In this document: positions 1 to 10,806 of the stretch, in pieces
Layout of the letters: every line of letters begins with the position of its first letter
How positions within the stretch are numbered: the first letter of the stretch is position 1
NCBI GenBank assembly: GCA_043815505.1
Contig: JBDRIV010000002.1
Location: 116,784-180,783 of the forward strand
DNA length: 64,000 bases
Direction: 5' to 3'
Source of the DNA: a bacterium
GTDB lineage: Bacteria; Patescibacteriota; JABMPQ01; JBDRIV01
Program-made: the position numbers and the translations under genes
Notes under the pieces: model-generated
What the model was told of the DNA's origin: nothing
Databases searched by the model: none
The model's input: only the letters and a program-made list of their open reading frames with translations

Positions 1-33
1 ATTATAATGAAGAGTAGTCCCCAACCAAAATTT

Positions 34-1431
34 TTAAATAGATTTTTCATAACTGTATATAATGTTAGATTGTTTAAATGGTTTAACTTTTAAGGTTAAA
101 TATTTCTTTGTTTGTTTACCTACTAAAAATTTGCGATCAGCTTTTATACCTACGATCCAAACAATATTGTTAGATTGAGTGGTTAAAACTGGAATTTTAT
201 TGCGCAGGAATTTAGGAATTTTTAAATCGGTGAAAATGTCTTGCAGTTTTTTCTTACCCTTCATGCCCCTGGGATGAATCGTGTCGCCCGGTTGCCAAGT
301 TCTGATAAGCAATTTATCTCCCGTTTTATCTTTATCAAAAACTTGGACAAATTTTGAAATTACCGCTTTTTGCTGAGAGGGCAAAACCTCTAAATTGAAT
401 TCTGAAAAAGTGCTTTTCTTTTCTAAATCAACAAATTCTGGATTAGATAAAACTTCTTTTTTTGGTTTATAACTGATAGCGATTTTATCATATCCCCACT
501 CACAATGCAATCCTGCTGGAAGCTCAATTTTACCACTAACTTTGTTGGAAGCAAAACATTTTTGAATGGCTAAAACATGCTTAGCTGTAATATTGGAAAG
601 ATTGGGTAAAAGTCTTTTTAGTAAATTGTGCAAAACAGCATTTTGTAGTCCTCTTTTTAAATTCTTAAATTCAATACGATCAACGATAATCTCATCAATA
701 TAGAAGTGTAGAGAGTTATTGTTTTGTAGAAAAATAATCTCTTTATCGGCAATTTCTGAAATAGTATCAACTGCCAAGCGATGGGCTTTTGAGGCTTGAT
801 TAAGGGTAAAAATTAGATTGGGATTGTAGGTTTTTAATAGTGGAATTAATTCGTGACGAATACGATTACGGGAAATTTTCACATTTTGATTAGAAGCGTC
901 TAAACGGTAGGAGGTATTGCTAGATTTTAGAAATTGTAAAATTTCTTTTCTACTAATTTCTCTTAAAGGGCGAATATAGAAATCTCTGGTAATGGGAATT
1001 CCAGCCAGTCCAAGTGGCCCAGAGCCTCGTAAGAAAAATTGAATAATAGTTTCTACATTATCATTTAAATTGTGTCCCAGAGCAACTTTATCAGCTTGAA
1101 AATGTTTCTTGGCTTGCCGGTAAAACTTATAACGAGATTTTCTAGCTGTTGTTTCTCCCTTTAATTTATTGTGAGAAGATTGAGAGAAAAAAGGTAGTTT
1201 ATTTTGTTTGGCAAATTGCGCAACAAATTCTTCATCTTTATCAGAAGCTAATTTTCTCATTTTATGATTAAAATGAGCAACGCAAAGCTTTAAATTAAAT
1301 TCTTTAGCAATCGCTTGCAACATTTTTAGCAGGCACATCGAATCGGGGCCGCCTGAAACCGCCACCACAATTTTATCTCCCGGAGAGATTAAATTATTTT
1401 CTTTAATTGTCCGTTTAAATTTGTTCAGCAT
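34..1431 (-). CDS. tilS: tRNA(Ile)-lysidine synthetase
   Basis: PP-loop motif SGGPDSMCLL near the N-terminus; length of 465 aa and overall architecture typical of TilS. Confidence 0.85.
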   Translation of the reverse strand: MLNKFKRTIKENNLISPGDKIVVAVSGGPDSMCLLKMLQAIAKEFNLKLCVAHFNHKMRKLASDKDEEFVAQFAKQNKLPFFSQSSHNKLKGETTARKSRYKFYRQAKKHFQADKVALGHNLNDNVETIIQFFLRGSGPLGLAGIPITRDFYIRPLREISRKEILQFLKSSNTSYRLDASNQNVKISRNRIRHELIPLLKTYNPNLIFTLNQASKAHRLAVDTISEIADKEIIFLQNNNSLHFYIDEIIVDRIEFKNLKRGLQNAVLHNLLKRLLPNLSNITAKHVLAIQKCFASNKVSGKIELPAGLHCEWGYDKIAISYKPKKEVLSNPEFVDLEKKSTFSEFNLEVLPSQQKAVISKFVQVFDKDKTGDKLLIRTWQPGDTIHPRGMKGKKKLQDIFTDLKIPKFLRNKIPVLTTQSNNIVWIVGIKADRKFLVGKQTKKYLTLKVKPFKQSNIIYSYEKSI

Positions 1432-1442
1432 ATTTGAATAAA

Positions 1443-1464
1443 CCAGCCCCTTTGGCGGGGCTGG
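1443..1464 (-). terminator. Rho-independent terminator downstream of rpsA
   Basis: Hairpin CCAGCCCC-TTTGGC-GGGGCTGG followed by a T-rich run on the minus strand. Confidence 0.5.
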
Positions 1465-1467
1465 TGT

Positions 1468-2664
1468 TTATTCCTTCTTAGCTTTTTTAACTTCTAGTTT
1501 TGACTCAGTTGATTTTGAATCTTTCAAAGTTAGCCCCAAGCGATGGTTGTCTGGGTCGATGGATATTATACGGAATTTCTTTTTCTCACCGATGGAGAAA
1601 ATGTCTTTAGGATTAACATCTTTTTTACCAGCCAGCTCAGAAATGTGGGCTAAGCCATGAATTTCGTTATCCAATTGAACAAAGGCGCCAAAGGGTGTGA
1701 TTTTAATAATCTCACCTTCAACATCTTGACCAACTTTATAATGTTTCATAGCTTCTTGCCACGGATCTTTTACCAATTTTTTCATTGATAAAGAAATCTT
1801 TTCGTTATCAATAGAAATAATTTCAGCATCAACTTTTTGACCGACTTTTACAATATCGCCGGGATCATCAATGCGTTGCCAAGCTAATTCCGAGATGTGA
1901 ACCAGGCCTTCAAGATCATCATCAAATTTTATAAAAACTCCAAAATCAACAATACCGGAAACTCTTCCTTTGACAACTTGGCCAACTTTAAAGTCTTTAA
2001 GTCTTTCTTTGTGTTCTTCAGCGTGAGCAGCTTTTTCCGAAATGATAAGCTTTTCTTCTCCTGGATCGACGCCAATAATACGAACCTTAAATTTGGTTCC
2101 CATGTAAGATTTTAGACGAGTTAAAATTTCATCTTGGTTTCCTCCTTCAACGCGCGGATAATGCTCAGGTGTTAATTGAGAAACCGGCAGGAAGGCAGGA
2201 AGGCCAGAGATAATGGTTAATAAACCACCCTTGTTGGCTTCATTAATTTTAACGGATAAAACTTCTTTGTCGTCCATTTTCTTGGCTAAATCTTCCCAAG
2301 CTTGTTGCTTGGAGATTTGTTTGAATGAGAGCTCAATGTTGCCATTTTCATTTTCGTAATCAACAACATTAGCAGACAATTTGTCGCCGACTTTTAAATC
2401 GTCATACATGTCAATTGATTCAAAAAGTTCTTGGCCGCGTACAACACCAACGCCGTAGGGACCGAGGTCCACGTAAATAGCGTTTTTGCTTATATCTAAA
2501 ATAATACCCTCAACAGTGTCTCCCAACTGGGGTATAGATATGGTGGAAGATTCTAGTAAATCTCCCATGGTGCCGTCGCCACTAACTTCAATGTCAGTGT
2601 CGGGCTCTTCAGATTTTTTATCGATAAGCTCGGAGAAGCTCATTTTCGAACTTTCCTTAGTCAT
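1468..2664 (-). CDS. rpsA: 30S ribosomal protein S1
   Basis: Four repeated S1 RNA-binding domains (GxV.G.V, F.G.F, GL.H.SE motifs); 398 aa. Confidence 0.8.
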   Translation of the reverse strand: MTKESSKMSFSELIDKKSEEPDTDIEVSGDGTMGDLLESSTISIPQLGDTVEGIILDISKNAIYVDLGPYGVGVVRGQELFESIDMYDDLKVGDKLSANVVDYENENGNIELSFKQISKQQAWEDLAKKMDDKEVLSVKINEANKGGLLTIISGLPAFLPVSQLTPEHYPRVEGGNQDEILTRLKSYMGTKFKVRIIGVDPGEEKLIISEKAAHAEEHKERLKDFKVGQVVKGRVSGIVDFGVFIKFDDDLEGLVHISELAWQRIDDPGDIVKVGQKVDAEIISIDNEKISLSMKKLVKDPWQEAMKHYKVGQDVEGEIIKITPFGAFVQLDNEIHGLAHISELAGKKDVNPKDIFSIGEKKKFRIISIDPDNHRLGLTLKDSKSTESKLEVKKAKKE

Positions 2665-2813
2665 TTAAGACCAGCTCCTTTCTTGTTTGGTGTCTACTAA
2701 AATTTAGTAGCTTATCTATAATAGTTTATATTTTAAATTTTGGCAAGCTAAAGCTTCAGTTTTACTAAAATAAGGGAATTAGAACACAAACTAGGACTGG
2801 GCAAGCATAAGAG

Positions 2814-3176
2814 TTATAGATTATTAGGTGAGACGTTTTTAAGGTGTTTGATTTCGCACTTTTGACCTTGTTTAAGCATAATGGACACAACGTCTAACCG
2901 AAATCTTCTGGGCTTGATAGTTTGTAAATAGATATAAGCACTATTTAAAATACGTTGCATTTTTTGTTTGGTAACAGCTGCCTCAGGTGATCCAAAGCGA
3001 TGAGAAGTTCTGGTTTTAACTTCAACCAAAACCAGCTCATTTTTATCGTGAGCAATGATATCAATTTCACCGTAACGGCAATTCCAACCTACAGTAATTA
3101 TTTTGTAGCCTAAATCTTGTAAAAAATTACAGGCAATTTCTTCACCTCTTTTCCCTAGTGGTGATGAATTTTTCAT
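2814..3176 (-). CDS. YraN/UPF0102 family endonuclease-like protein
   Basis: GEEIA..FL...GY.I....W.C..GEIDIIA......LV.VEVKTR motif typical of UPF0102. Start moved to the internal Met (MKNSS) to avoid a 80-nt overlap with the upstream methyltransferase. Confidence 0.65.
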   Translation of the reverse strand: MKNSSPLGKRGEEIACNFLQDLGYKIITVGWNCRYGEIDIIAHDKNELVLVEVKTRTSHRFGSPEAAVTKQKMQRILNSAYIYLQTIKPRRFRLDVVSIMLKQGQKCEIKHLKNVSPNNL

Positions 3177-3234
3177 AATTCCATATAATAAAAATCGTTT
3201 CCCCAGTTCAAAGAAAACGATTTTTTGTAGAGAT

Positions 3235-3771
3235 CTAGTTCTTTGCGAGAATGAAGGCAAAATGATGTGAGCCGGCGTTAAGTTCTTCTTTAATATCGAA
3301 ACCATATTTTCCAAATTCAGTTTTTATTTTGTCGGGGTCAAGTCTTTGCTCATCATTTGGTCCTGGAGATCCAGTTCCAGGTTTCCATTCCACAATTAGA
3401 ATTTGCCCACCATCTTTTAAAACCCTGTCCGCTTCTTCGTAAATTGGTTTATGATTATTTGATTGGTATAAAACATTAACAAGCAAAACGGCGTCTAAAC
3501 TATCATCTTTAATTTTTGTACTATTTGTTTGTTCTAAATCGGTCCAAATAGTTTTAATACTGGCCACATTATTTAATCTGATTTTACTTTGCAGGGCAGA
3601 AAGAACACTTTTTTGGACATCAACGGCGTAAACTTTGCCATCAACACCAACTTTTCTGGCTGCCGCAAAAGAAAAATATCCAGAACCACAACCAAAATCT
3701 GCAACTTGGCTACCATTTTTTATTGTAAGTTTAGATATTATGTTATCGGGATTGAGAAAATTATTTGTCAT
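3235..3771 (-). CDS. class I SAM-dependent methyltransferase
   Basis: Motif I VADFGCGSGYFS and the acidic residue after beta-2 (AVDV). Confidence 0.7.
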   Translation of the reverse strand: MTNNFLNPDNIISKLTIKNGSQVADFGCGSGYFSFAAARKVGVDGKVYAVDVQKSVLSALQSKIRLNNVASIKTIWTDLEQTNSTKIKDDSLDAVLLVNVLYQSNNHKPIYEEADRVLKDGGQILIVEWKPGTGSPGPNDEQRLDPDKIKTEFGKYGFDIKEELNAGSHHFAFILAKN

Positions 3772-3777
3772 ATATTT

Positions 3778-6700
3778 TTAATTTAAAGGCGGATTTCCTT
3801 TTTTAAGACCGATGTCTCTATTTACTACGCCCTCTTTGCCACCTTCTATTTCAACTTGTTTGGGAGGGAAATAATAGCCATCTTTTTCAATAGTTAAAAT
3901 GTAACGATCAGGACCGACTAAGAATTGATATCGTCCGTCGCGACCAGTTACTTTCGTTAATAATAGTTTACCATATTGGGCGTCAAAAAGCCTTACGATA
4001 GCTCCTGACATCGCTTCGGTGGTATCAACATTAAAGACAATTCCCCAAGGTTTAACTTTGGCTCCGGTAGTTAGGCGTTTGAAAAGGAAGAATAACATAA
4101 TGTGAGCAATAAGGAAGGAGCCAGTATAATAGGATGGAGATATGGCGAAACTGAGGATACCAATTGTTGGCCCAAGGTAGGCTATAATTTTGTTGAAACC
4201 AAAGCGGACATTGCGTTTTAGTATTTTACGGTTTTCTGCAGCAATTTTAGTTTTGTCTAGCTGGGCAATTTTGGCTAAAGTGTTATTTGTAGTTTTAATA
4301 ATTTGACCTTGGTTAGCATAAAAGACAACATCTTCAGCTGGATCAAGAGGAATATTGTAATGAATATATGTTTGGGGAATGTCATTGCCATTGCTCTTTT
4401 CTTCTGCAGTAGCTGTAAAAGGATTGCCATAATATAATCTTTCAAAGACGCTATCCTTCTCAATATTGTTTAATAGTTTTGATGGAAAGACATAATTGTC
4501 TTTTTTAACGGTAATATAGTATTCCTTGTTGGGTTCAACAATGAAAGCATAACGACCCTCTTTGCCGGTAACTTGAGTTTCGATCAAGCGATTAGTGGCT
4601 TTTTCAAACAAACGTACAATGGCTAAATCGACAGGAGTTTTAGTAAGAGAATTATAAATTGTTCCCCATTTTTTACGTCTTTTAGCAGTACCGCCGAAAA
4701 GCAATTTAGGATCAGTAATAAAGCGTAGTAAGTAGGTGAAATATGGAGCAATTGATGAGGCAAAAGCCATCAAGCTATTCAATAAAGCCGAAGCGGCTAC
4801 CAAAGGAACAGCAATTTGATTATTGACTCTTTGCAGGGCTTCATTATTGACGATGTTCTTATTATAAGCATCAGAAATGGCGTTTGTTAAAGTATTAAAA
4901 ATATCTCTGGCGCCATCAATAATTCTATCAAAACCTTTCTTGTTATCTGCATCAACTTCAATTTCCACTGCTTCTTCTTCGGGAATCACGACTTCTTCCT
5001 CTTCTTGATCAGGATTTTTTGTGCCTACATTTAAACCGTATCCGAAATTAATAGCGTAGTTTTCACCGGCATATAAGGAAACGTAAATTGGTTCATTGTG
5101 TGTGGTATTACCGTAATCGTTTGGTAAACTATTTGAAGCGACATCAATTATATAAGACTGGCCACCAATATTGTTTAGGCTGAAATTTCCAGAGGTGTTG
5201 GAAGAGCTGGAGAGAATAAGATCATCAAGTGCTCTGTTTAATACACGATCACCATTGTCTTCGTACAGATTAATGGTTACATTTTGCAAACCATTTTCAG
5301 TTGAATTTTGACGACCGTCATTGTTTTTGTCGTCAAAGACAACCCCACTTATAGAGCCATTAACCACTGGATTACTGGTAGTGTTACTGCTAACTGTTCT
5401 GGCGCCGGGATCGAATGTTCCCGTGGCATTGTTGGAAATTGAAGTTAAAGCATTAGGATTAGGAACTTTGGCTCTAAACAAAACGTAGCCAGAGCTGCTG
5501 GGCGCAACACTTGATATAGAAAAGGTTGTGTCTGCTGATGATGGGCTGTAATGAGCACTGTCAGAATCTTGAATATCTGTTTGGGGAATGCTGTTTATAG
5601 AAATAGATGAGGAAATGAAGCTAAGTCCTGATGGAACTGGGTCTTGAATTCTAATATTATTTATTTCTTCTTGGCCAACATTGGTATAATCTATGCGGTA
5701 TGTTAATTCGTCACCACCAGACACTATTTTTCCGTTATCATCATAAGGTGAAGCGAGAAGAACTCCGGGGAAGTTTAAGAGAATTAAAGGCAAAATTACT
5801 CCCACAGCTAGTTTAACAAGAGTTAGGGAAAGGGCTGAAGAAATTGTCCAAACCGTGGTTTGTCTTTCTTTTTTGAAGGTTGTAAAAGAATATTGATAGG
5901 TTCCTTGTTGATCTTTATCTTTTTGTGAAGCGATAACAAAAGTTACAGCTGGTCGTTTTGCTATATTATATATTATAGAAGTAATAACACTGAAGCGATG
6001 TTTTAAAACAGCAAGAGTTGGTTGTTTATGAGCAATGGCTTTAATTACTTCTCTGGTTAGGAATACTAATATGATAGCAAGTAGTACCCACAAAAGAATA
6101 TTTATGGAAACATTTAAAATATATAAGAAGGTGGCGGCGCTGGTTTCTTGTTTGGCTAAAACATTTTCGTTATTTGATACTGCACCTAAAACACTACCGG
6201 TATTAATGCCCACGCTTTTGGAGAGTTGTAAACTTTCTTTGTAAAAGGTTATATCAATTGTGCCTTGTATTTCGTCTGCAACTTCAGCCGTAATGGTTTC
6301 GGTGCCATAAGCTTCATCGGCAACTGTATAAATTGTTTCCACAACACCATCAACAGTGGTAGCTGTTTCAACGTCAAGTGTGCCATTTCCAGAGGTGAAT
6401 AAATTCACTTCAATACCATCTTCCACCTTGTTACCATATTGATCTGTTATTTCAGCATAAACTTTGGTGGATTCGTTTTGATCAACAACAAGAGAAATTA
6501 AATCAGCGGTCATGGTTACTATAGCTGGTGGGTCAGCAACAACGGGATTGGAAACACTATTAGAACTACTAGTAGAACTACTAGAGGTATTATAACCTGT
6601 AGATCCTTGTCCAGTGTCTAAAATTTCGTCGGCAGTAAATGATGATTGATTATCAATGGTTTCTGTTTCAATTACATTATTAACAGTTGCCTGGAAGGTA

Positions 6701-9700
6701 ATAGCTTCTTCTGAGGTGTAATCAAAGGCAATGTCTCTAAGGATTGGAGTTGTGTCAGGGTTTAAAGTGGCAAGAGTAGTTTTGTACTGAATATAGCGCG
6801 TATTATCTAAATCTTCATTAATTGGTTGACCATCACTAAGATTTATCCACGAGGTTGTCCAATTATATTGCCCTTCACTAATTCTAGAGTCGGCAACTCG
6901 AGCAGCAACTTGCAAAGACGTGCCAGCTGGTACATTAGCGCTCCAATTAGAGGTGTTAAAGTTTACATATCCTCCTAAATCAATAACTGATGATTCCAAG
7001 GAAGCGGTATTATAGTATTCGTAATATCTACCACCATAATAAATCTTTTTATAATCTTCAGAGACTGGTTTTTCTTCCCAAACAGAATAAAAACCATTAT
7101 TGGGCAATATGACGACCGAAGGATTGGTTTCGTTTACTTTTTCAATCTGCAATTCGATATTATTCTCATCAATTTTGTTTTCATTGTAATCAAAAGTTTG
7201 AGCATAGGTGCTGTTGGATGAGCCATTAACTCTCTGGTCATTCCAGATAACTACAAAAAATGGATTGGTCAAGTCTTCATCATTGATAGTGACTGATGAA
7301 TAATCTTGAACGAAAGAAGTTTCATCATCATTAGCTCGTGTGGCGTATGTACTATCAACTGGACTTCCTTGTTTGGAAAATCTTCTGATCAAAATGTCTT
7401 TATCTTTGTCATTTAAACTTTTTTCAGCAGTCCAACTAAAAACCATGGATCCTACTCTATCCAAGGCAATATTAGGTTTTGACGGATTTATATAAGTAGT
7501 TCCAGGAATGTCGGCATTAACTTGGAAGCGAGAGCCGTTAAATGAACCATCGGTATTTATCTTGCGAGCATAAATGATTTGCAGTGAACCATCATTCTCT
7601 ACCCAGGTGACAACAAAATTGGTTGTACGATCAATGGCGACTGCTGGATCAGATTGATTAGCACTAATAGTTTCCTCTGTACTGTCATTTAAAACCTGGA
7701 CATTAGATCCTTTTTTATTTAAATCATAATCATATTGTTGAAAATAAATATCAGTATCATCATCGGTATATTCTTCTCTCATATCTTCCCAGACCACCAC
7801 AAAATTACCCATTGGATCCATAGCAACATTAGGATTGTATTGACTTACGTTTGCATTATCATCATTGACTCGCACAGGAGCGCTGGCTTTATTATCATTT
7901 GCCAAAACAACTTGATAATAGATGTCTTGAGAAGAATTTCTGTTATCTTCCCAAACAACCACATATTTACCATTTTCTGAAACGGCCACTTGCGGATTGG
8001 AGGCGGAAACGGCGGTATGATTAATTCTTGATATTGAACAAGCATTTTGATTAACATCTTTACGAGAAGAATAAATATTGCCACCTTCTTCATAAACTAT
8101 AATAATATTTCCTTGACTGTCAGCCGCAATATCGGGAGTAATCTGATCTACATCAACTGAATCGCAATACACAACTTCGTCATCATAAGTTTGAATTGTA
8201 TCCTCGGAGTCGTGGTCAATTTTAATTACGGTTTGAGAAGCGTCTTCAATATTTGTTCCATTACTGTATTTGGCGGGGTTAGAAAAATCAGCTTGACCAG
8301 AACTTTCCCATTCGGTTTGTTCAAACTCACCAGCCGGTAAATCTCTAATTGCATAACCACTAGCTAGTGGTAAATTATCAGAATTTACTTGGGTTGATCC
8401 AATATACAAAGAATTGGGTACGTAAGTTGTTCCGGTCGGAACTAGGTTAGTTACATTAATATTTGTTAAATCTCGAGCTTGTCCCAATTCGTTATTAGCC
8501 AAGCTTATTTTATAGGTTAATAAATCCCCTGGTCCAACTTCCATGCCATTGTCTGTATATATTCCATCTTGGTTAGCGTCAACTGACAAAGTTATGGGAT
8601 TACTGGTTCCTGGTAGGACAGTAAAGTTCTCTTCACTTTCAATTTCATATGATTCAACTTTTAATCTAATTGGACTAGCTCCTGCGTGTACGCCCGCTGG
8701 CATTTCTACTAACACTTTTGTGTTTGACCACTCCAATATTTCTAAGGCTTCTTCGAAAGCGGTGCCACGATATCTATAAGCATATCCAGTCGTGTTACCA
8801 AAATTTTCTCCACGAATCAAAACTTTATCACCGGCTGAACCTTCTGTTGGTTCAATGGAATTAAGTTTAAAAATATTATTATAATTAAATACCAAATTAT
8901 CAACTGTAGGAGTTGTGGCGGGATCAGTGCTTGATAAATAAACTCGGTATTGTAGATATTTTCTACGATCATGAATTGATAACATATCTTGTCCGGAGGT
9001 TACATCTTTCCAATTAGTCCAATTTCCTGGTCCATTGCTTTTATCATATGGAACGGCGGAGTTACCTGTTCGTACGCTCACAACAGCTTCTGTGTTGGCA
9101 GGTTGAGTTGCTTCAAAACTAACTGTTCCGAAGTTGCTAGTTCCACCAGTATAATAAACTGAGGATAATAAAACTCCACTTGGTTCGTACCCAGGTTTAA
9201 CTTTTACTCTATAAATTTCTTTATCCAGTGATATGACAGCTGGTTTTCTACTGAAAACTACTTGAGTATTATTGTTCTGATCAATGCCCACATCAGCATA
9301 TTCTTCATTACTAATTCCAGTGTTGCCAGAAATTTTAAAATCATACGGATACAATATATTGCCACCCCAAGCTACCTTGTTGCCATAAGTATAGTTGTTT
9401 CTACCCCCATCTTTCCAAATTACTAAAGCATTACCACTGGTGTCATAGGCGATGTTTGGTGATGTTTGGTCATCTCTCCCAGCGTCTATTTGATTTATTT
9501 TGAAATCTTCTCCAACATTTTCAATGGCTACATTGTCATTATCATCAGAATAAGCAAATCTAAATCGATGACCATAAATATCGACGTTTCCATTACGAGA
9601 GTCTTCCCATACAATCATTAGGTTTCTATTGTCTTTAGCGAGAGCTACTTTTGGATTCTGTTTTAAACTCGTGTTGTTGTCACTTACTCTTGAGCTGGTA

Positions 9701-10737
9701 GTTGTTCCGTTACTATTCCCAAACTGCATCACCGCACCATCAGGTTTAACAAATCGATAATAAATATCACTATTTAAACCATTGCTATAATTACGATAAT
9801 CTTCCCAAGCTGCTAAAAGATAATTATTTGAGCCAATAACTGTAACGTTTTTCTGGTCATTATCAACGGCACCTATACCGTCATTATCACTAACTAGTAC
9901 GTCAGTATCGTACAGTTTAGTTACATCATTTTTCGTAATATTATAATAAATATCCTTGTTGCCATTTCTGTCATCTTCCCAAAACATTGCAAACCAACCA
10001 TAGCCTACACCATTCATTATGTGTCCGTCAGGATTCATCTGATTATTATCATCTTGAGCGCTGGCTTGAACCGGAATATAATATTTAACTAATTCACATT
10101 CATCACCAACAAATCCTTCTCGAAAAGCATGAAAATTTACATCGTAGTTTCCGTCTTGATTATCATGCCAAGCTACAGCGGCTAGAAAATCATTTGCAAC
10201 TGGTGTGCTACCTGTTTTTGTAATTACTTCAGTTCCTCCATAGGTAACAGAGTTTGTTTTTAAGGTATCTGATGAGGCGTCTTGAGCATTTGATTCAGCA
10301 TCATAAACACGATAACCAATATTCTTTGTTGCCCCCGTTGATGACCAGGCAGTCAGATGATAATTTTGATTGGGTCCCTTTATAGCAGCGGTTGAAGGGG
10401 CGGTTTGAATTCCGGCAGAGGTTGAATTAGAGACCGCAACAGCTTTGTCAACTATTAACGAAGAAGCGCCGGTATCAAGTTGAATATTTCCCCCAGCTGT
10501 TATATTTTTGTCCCATAAGTATTTGGTCGAAGAAGAACTGGTGTAAGCAAATTGTCCTGTTCCTCCGCTCCAATTATTATTACTCCAACTAGAAGTGCTT
10601 TTTAGTTGTGTATTATCAGGATTTATTGGTATGAAAGCATTGGCAGGGCCTTGAGTTGCTAGAATAATAAAAAAGGAAACTAAAATTGTTCCTAAAAACA
10701 TCTTCTTTAAATATGAAGAAATATTATTCTTTTTCAT
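3778..10737 (-). CDS. giant (2319 aa) multi-domain surface/membrane protein
   Basis: N-terminal signal peptide. About seven tandem WxD.RNG..DIYY beta-propeller-like repeats. IPT/TIG-like, DUF11-like, SdrD-B-like (VFDDKNNDGRQN) and two carboxypeptidase-regulatory-like (VTG.DGRY.F....Y) modules. Hydrophobic TM segments both mid-protein and at the C-terminus. Confidence 0.8.
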   Translation of the reverse strand: MKKNNISSYLKKMFLGTILVSFFIILATQGPANAFIPINPDNTQLKSTSSWSNNNWSGGTGQFAYTSSSSTKYLWDKNITAGGNIQLDTGASSLIVDKAVAVSNSTSAGIQTAPSTAAIKGPNQNYHLTAWSSTGATKNIGYRVYDAESNAQDASSDTLKTNSVTYGGTEVITKTGSTPVANDFLAAVAWHDNQDGNYDVNFHAFREGFVGDECELVKYYIPVQASAQDDNNQMNPDGHIMNGVGYGWFAMFWEDDRNGNKDIYYNITKNDVTKLYDTDVLVSDNDGIGAVDNDQKNVTVIGSNNYLLAAWEDYRNYSNGLNSDIYYRFVKPDGAVMQFGNSNGTTTSSRVSDNNTSLKQNPKVALAKDNRNLMIVWEDSRNGNVDIYGHRFRFAYSDDNDNVAIENVGEDFKINQIDAGRDDQTSPNIAYDTSGNALVIWKDGGRNNYTYGNKVAWGGNILYPYDFKISGNTGISNEEYADVGIDQNNNTQVVFSRKPAVISLDKEIYRVKVKPGYEPSGVLLSSVYYTGGTSNFGTVSFEATQPANTEAVVSVRTGNSAVPYDKSNGPGNWTNWKDVTSGQDMLSIHDRRKYLQYRVYLSSTDPATTPTVDNLVFNYNNIFKLNSIEPTEGSAGDKVLIRGENFGNTTGYAYRYRGTAFEEALEILEWSNTKVLVEMPAGVHAGASPIRLKVESYEIESEENFTVLPGTSNPITLSVDANQDGIYTDNGMEVGPGDLLTYKISLANNELGQARDLTNINVTNLVPTGTTYVPNSLYIGSTQVNSDNLPLASGYAIRDLPAGEFEQTEWESSGQADFSNPAKYSNGTNIEDASQTVIKIDHDSEDTIQTYDDEVVYCDSVDVDQITPDIAADSQGNIIIVYEEGGNIYSSRKDVNQNACSISRINHTAVSASNPQVAVSENGKYVVVWEDNRNSSQDIYYQVVLANDNKASAPVRVNDDNANVSQYNPNVAMDPMGNFVVVWEDMREEYTDDDTDIYFQQYDYDLNKKGSNVQVLNDSTEETISANQSDPAVAIDRTTNFVVTWVENDGSLQIIYARKINTDGSFNGSRFQVNADIPGTTYINPSKPNIALDRVGSMVFSWTAEKSLNDKDKDILIRRFSKQGSPVDSTYATRANDDETSFVQDYSSVTINDEDLTNPFFVVIWNDQRVNGSSNSTYAQTFDYNENKIDENNIELQIEKVNETNPSVVILPNNGFYSVWEEKPVSEDYKKIYYGGRYYEYYNTASLESSVIDLGGYVNFNTSNWSANVPAGTSLQVAARVADSRISEGQYNWTTSWINLSDGQPINEDLDNTRYIQYKTTLATLNPDTTPILRDIAFDYTSEEAITFQATVNNVIETETIDNQSSFTADEILDTGQGSTGYNTSSSSTSSSNSVSNPVVADPPAIVTMTADLISLVVDQNESTKVYAEITDQYGNKVEDGIEVNLFTSGNGTLDVETATTVDGVVETIYTVADEAYGTETITAEVADEIQGTIDITFYKESLQLSKSVGINTGSVLGAVSNNENVLAKQETSAATFLYILNVSINILLWVLLAIILVFLTREVIKAIAHKQPTLAVLKHRFSVITSIIYNIAKRPAVTFVIASQKDKDQQGTYQYSFTTFKKERQTTVWTISSALSLTLVKLAVGVILPLILLNFPGVLLASPYDDNGKIVSGGDELTYRIDYTNVGQEEINNIRIQDPVPSGLSFISSSISINSIPQTDIQDSDSAHYSPSSADTTFSISSVAPSSSGYVLFRAKVPNPNALTSISNNATGTFDPGARTVSSNTTSNPVVNGSISGVVFDDKNNDGRQNSTENGLQNVTINLYEDNGDRVLNRALDDLILSSSSNTSGNFSLNNIGGQSYIIDVASNSLPNDYGNTTHNEPIYVSLYAGENYAINFGYGLNVGTKNPDQEEEEVVIPEEEAVEIEVDADNKKGFDRIIDGARDIFNTLTNAISDAYNKNIVNNEALQRVNNQIAVPLVAASALLNSLMAFASSIAPYFTYLLRFITDPKLLFGGTAKRRKKWGTIYNSLTKTPVDLAIVRLFEKATNRLIETQVTGKEGRYAFIVEPNKEYYITVKKDNYVFPSKLLNNIEKDSVFERLYYGNPFTATAEEKSNGNDIPQTYIHYNIPLDPAEDVVFYANQGQIIKTTNNTLAKIAQLDKTKIAAENRKILKRNVRFGFNKIIAYLGPTIGILSFAISPSYYTGSFLIAHIMLFFLFKRLTTGAKVKPWGIVFNVDTTEAMSGAIVRLFDAQYGKLLLTKVTGRDGRYQFLVGPDRYILTIEKDGYYFPPKQVEIEGGKEGVVNRDIGLKKGNPPLN

Positions 10738-10806
10738 GTTTATTTAGCTATAAAATACGTAATCCTTATTATATTTATTATACGATATTACAACTCTTTG
10801 TACAAA

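Noticed and set aside
2814-3314. Full-length 166-aa version of the YraN-like ORF
   Set aside because: The first 46 codons overlap the upstream methyltransferase by about 80 nt and are low complexity. The internal Met with a conserved UPF0102 N-terminus is preferred.
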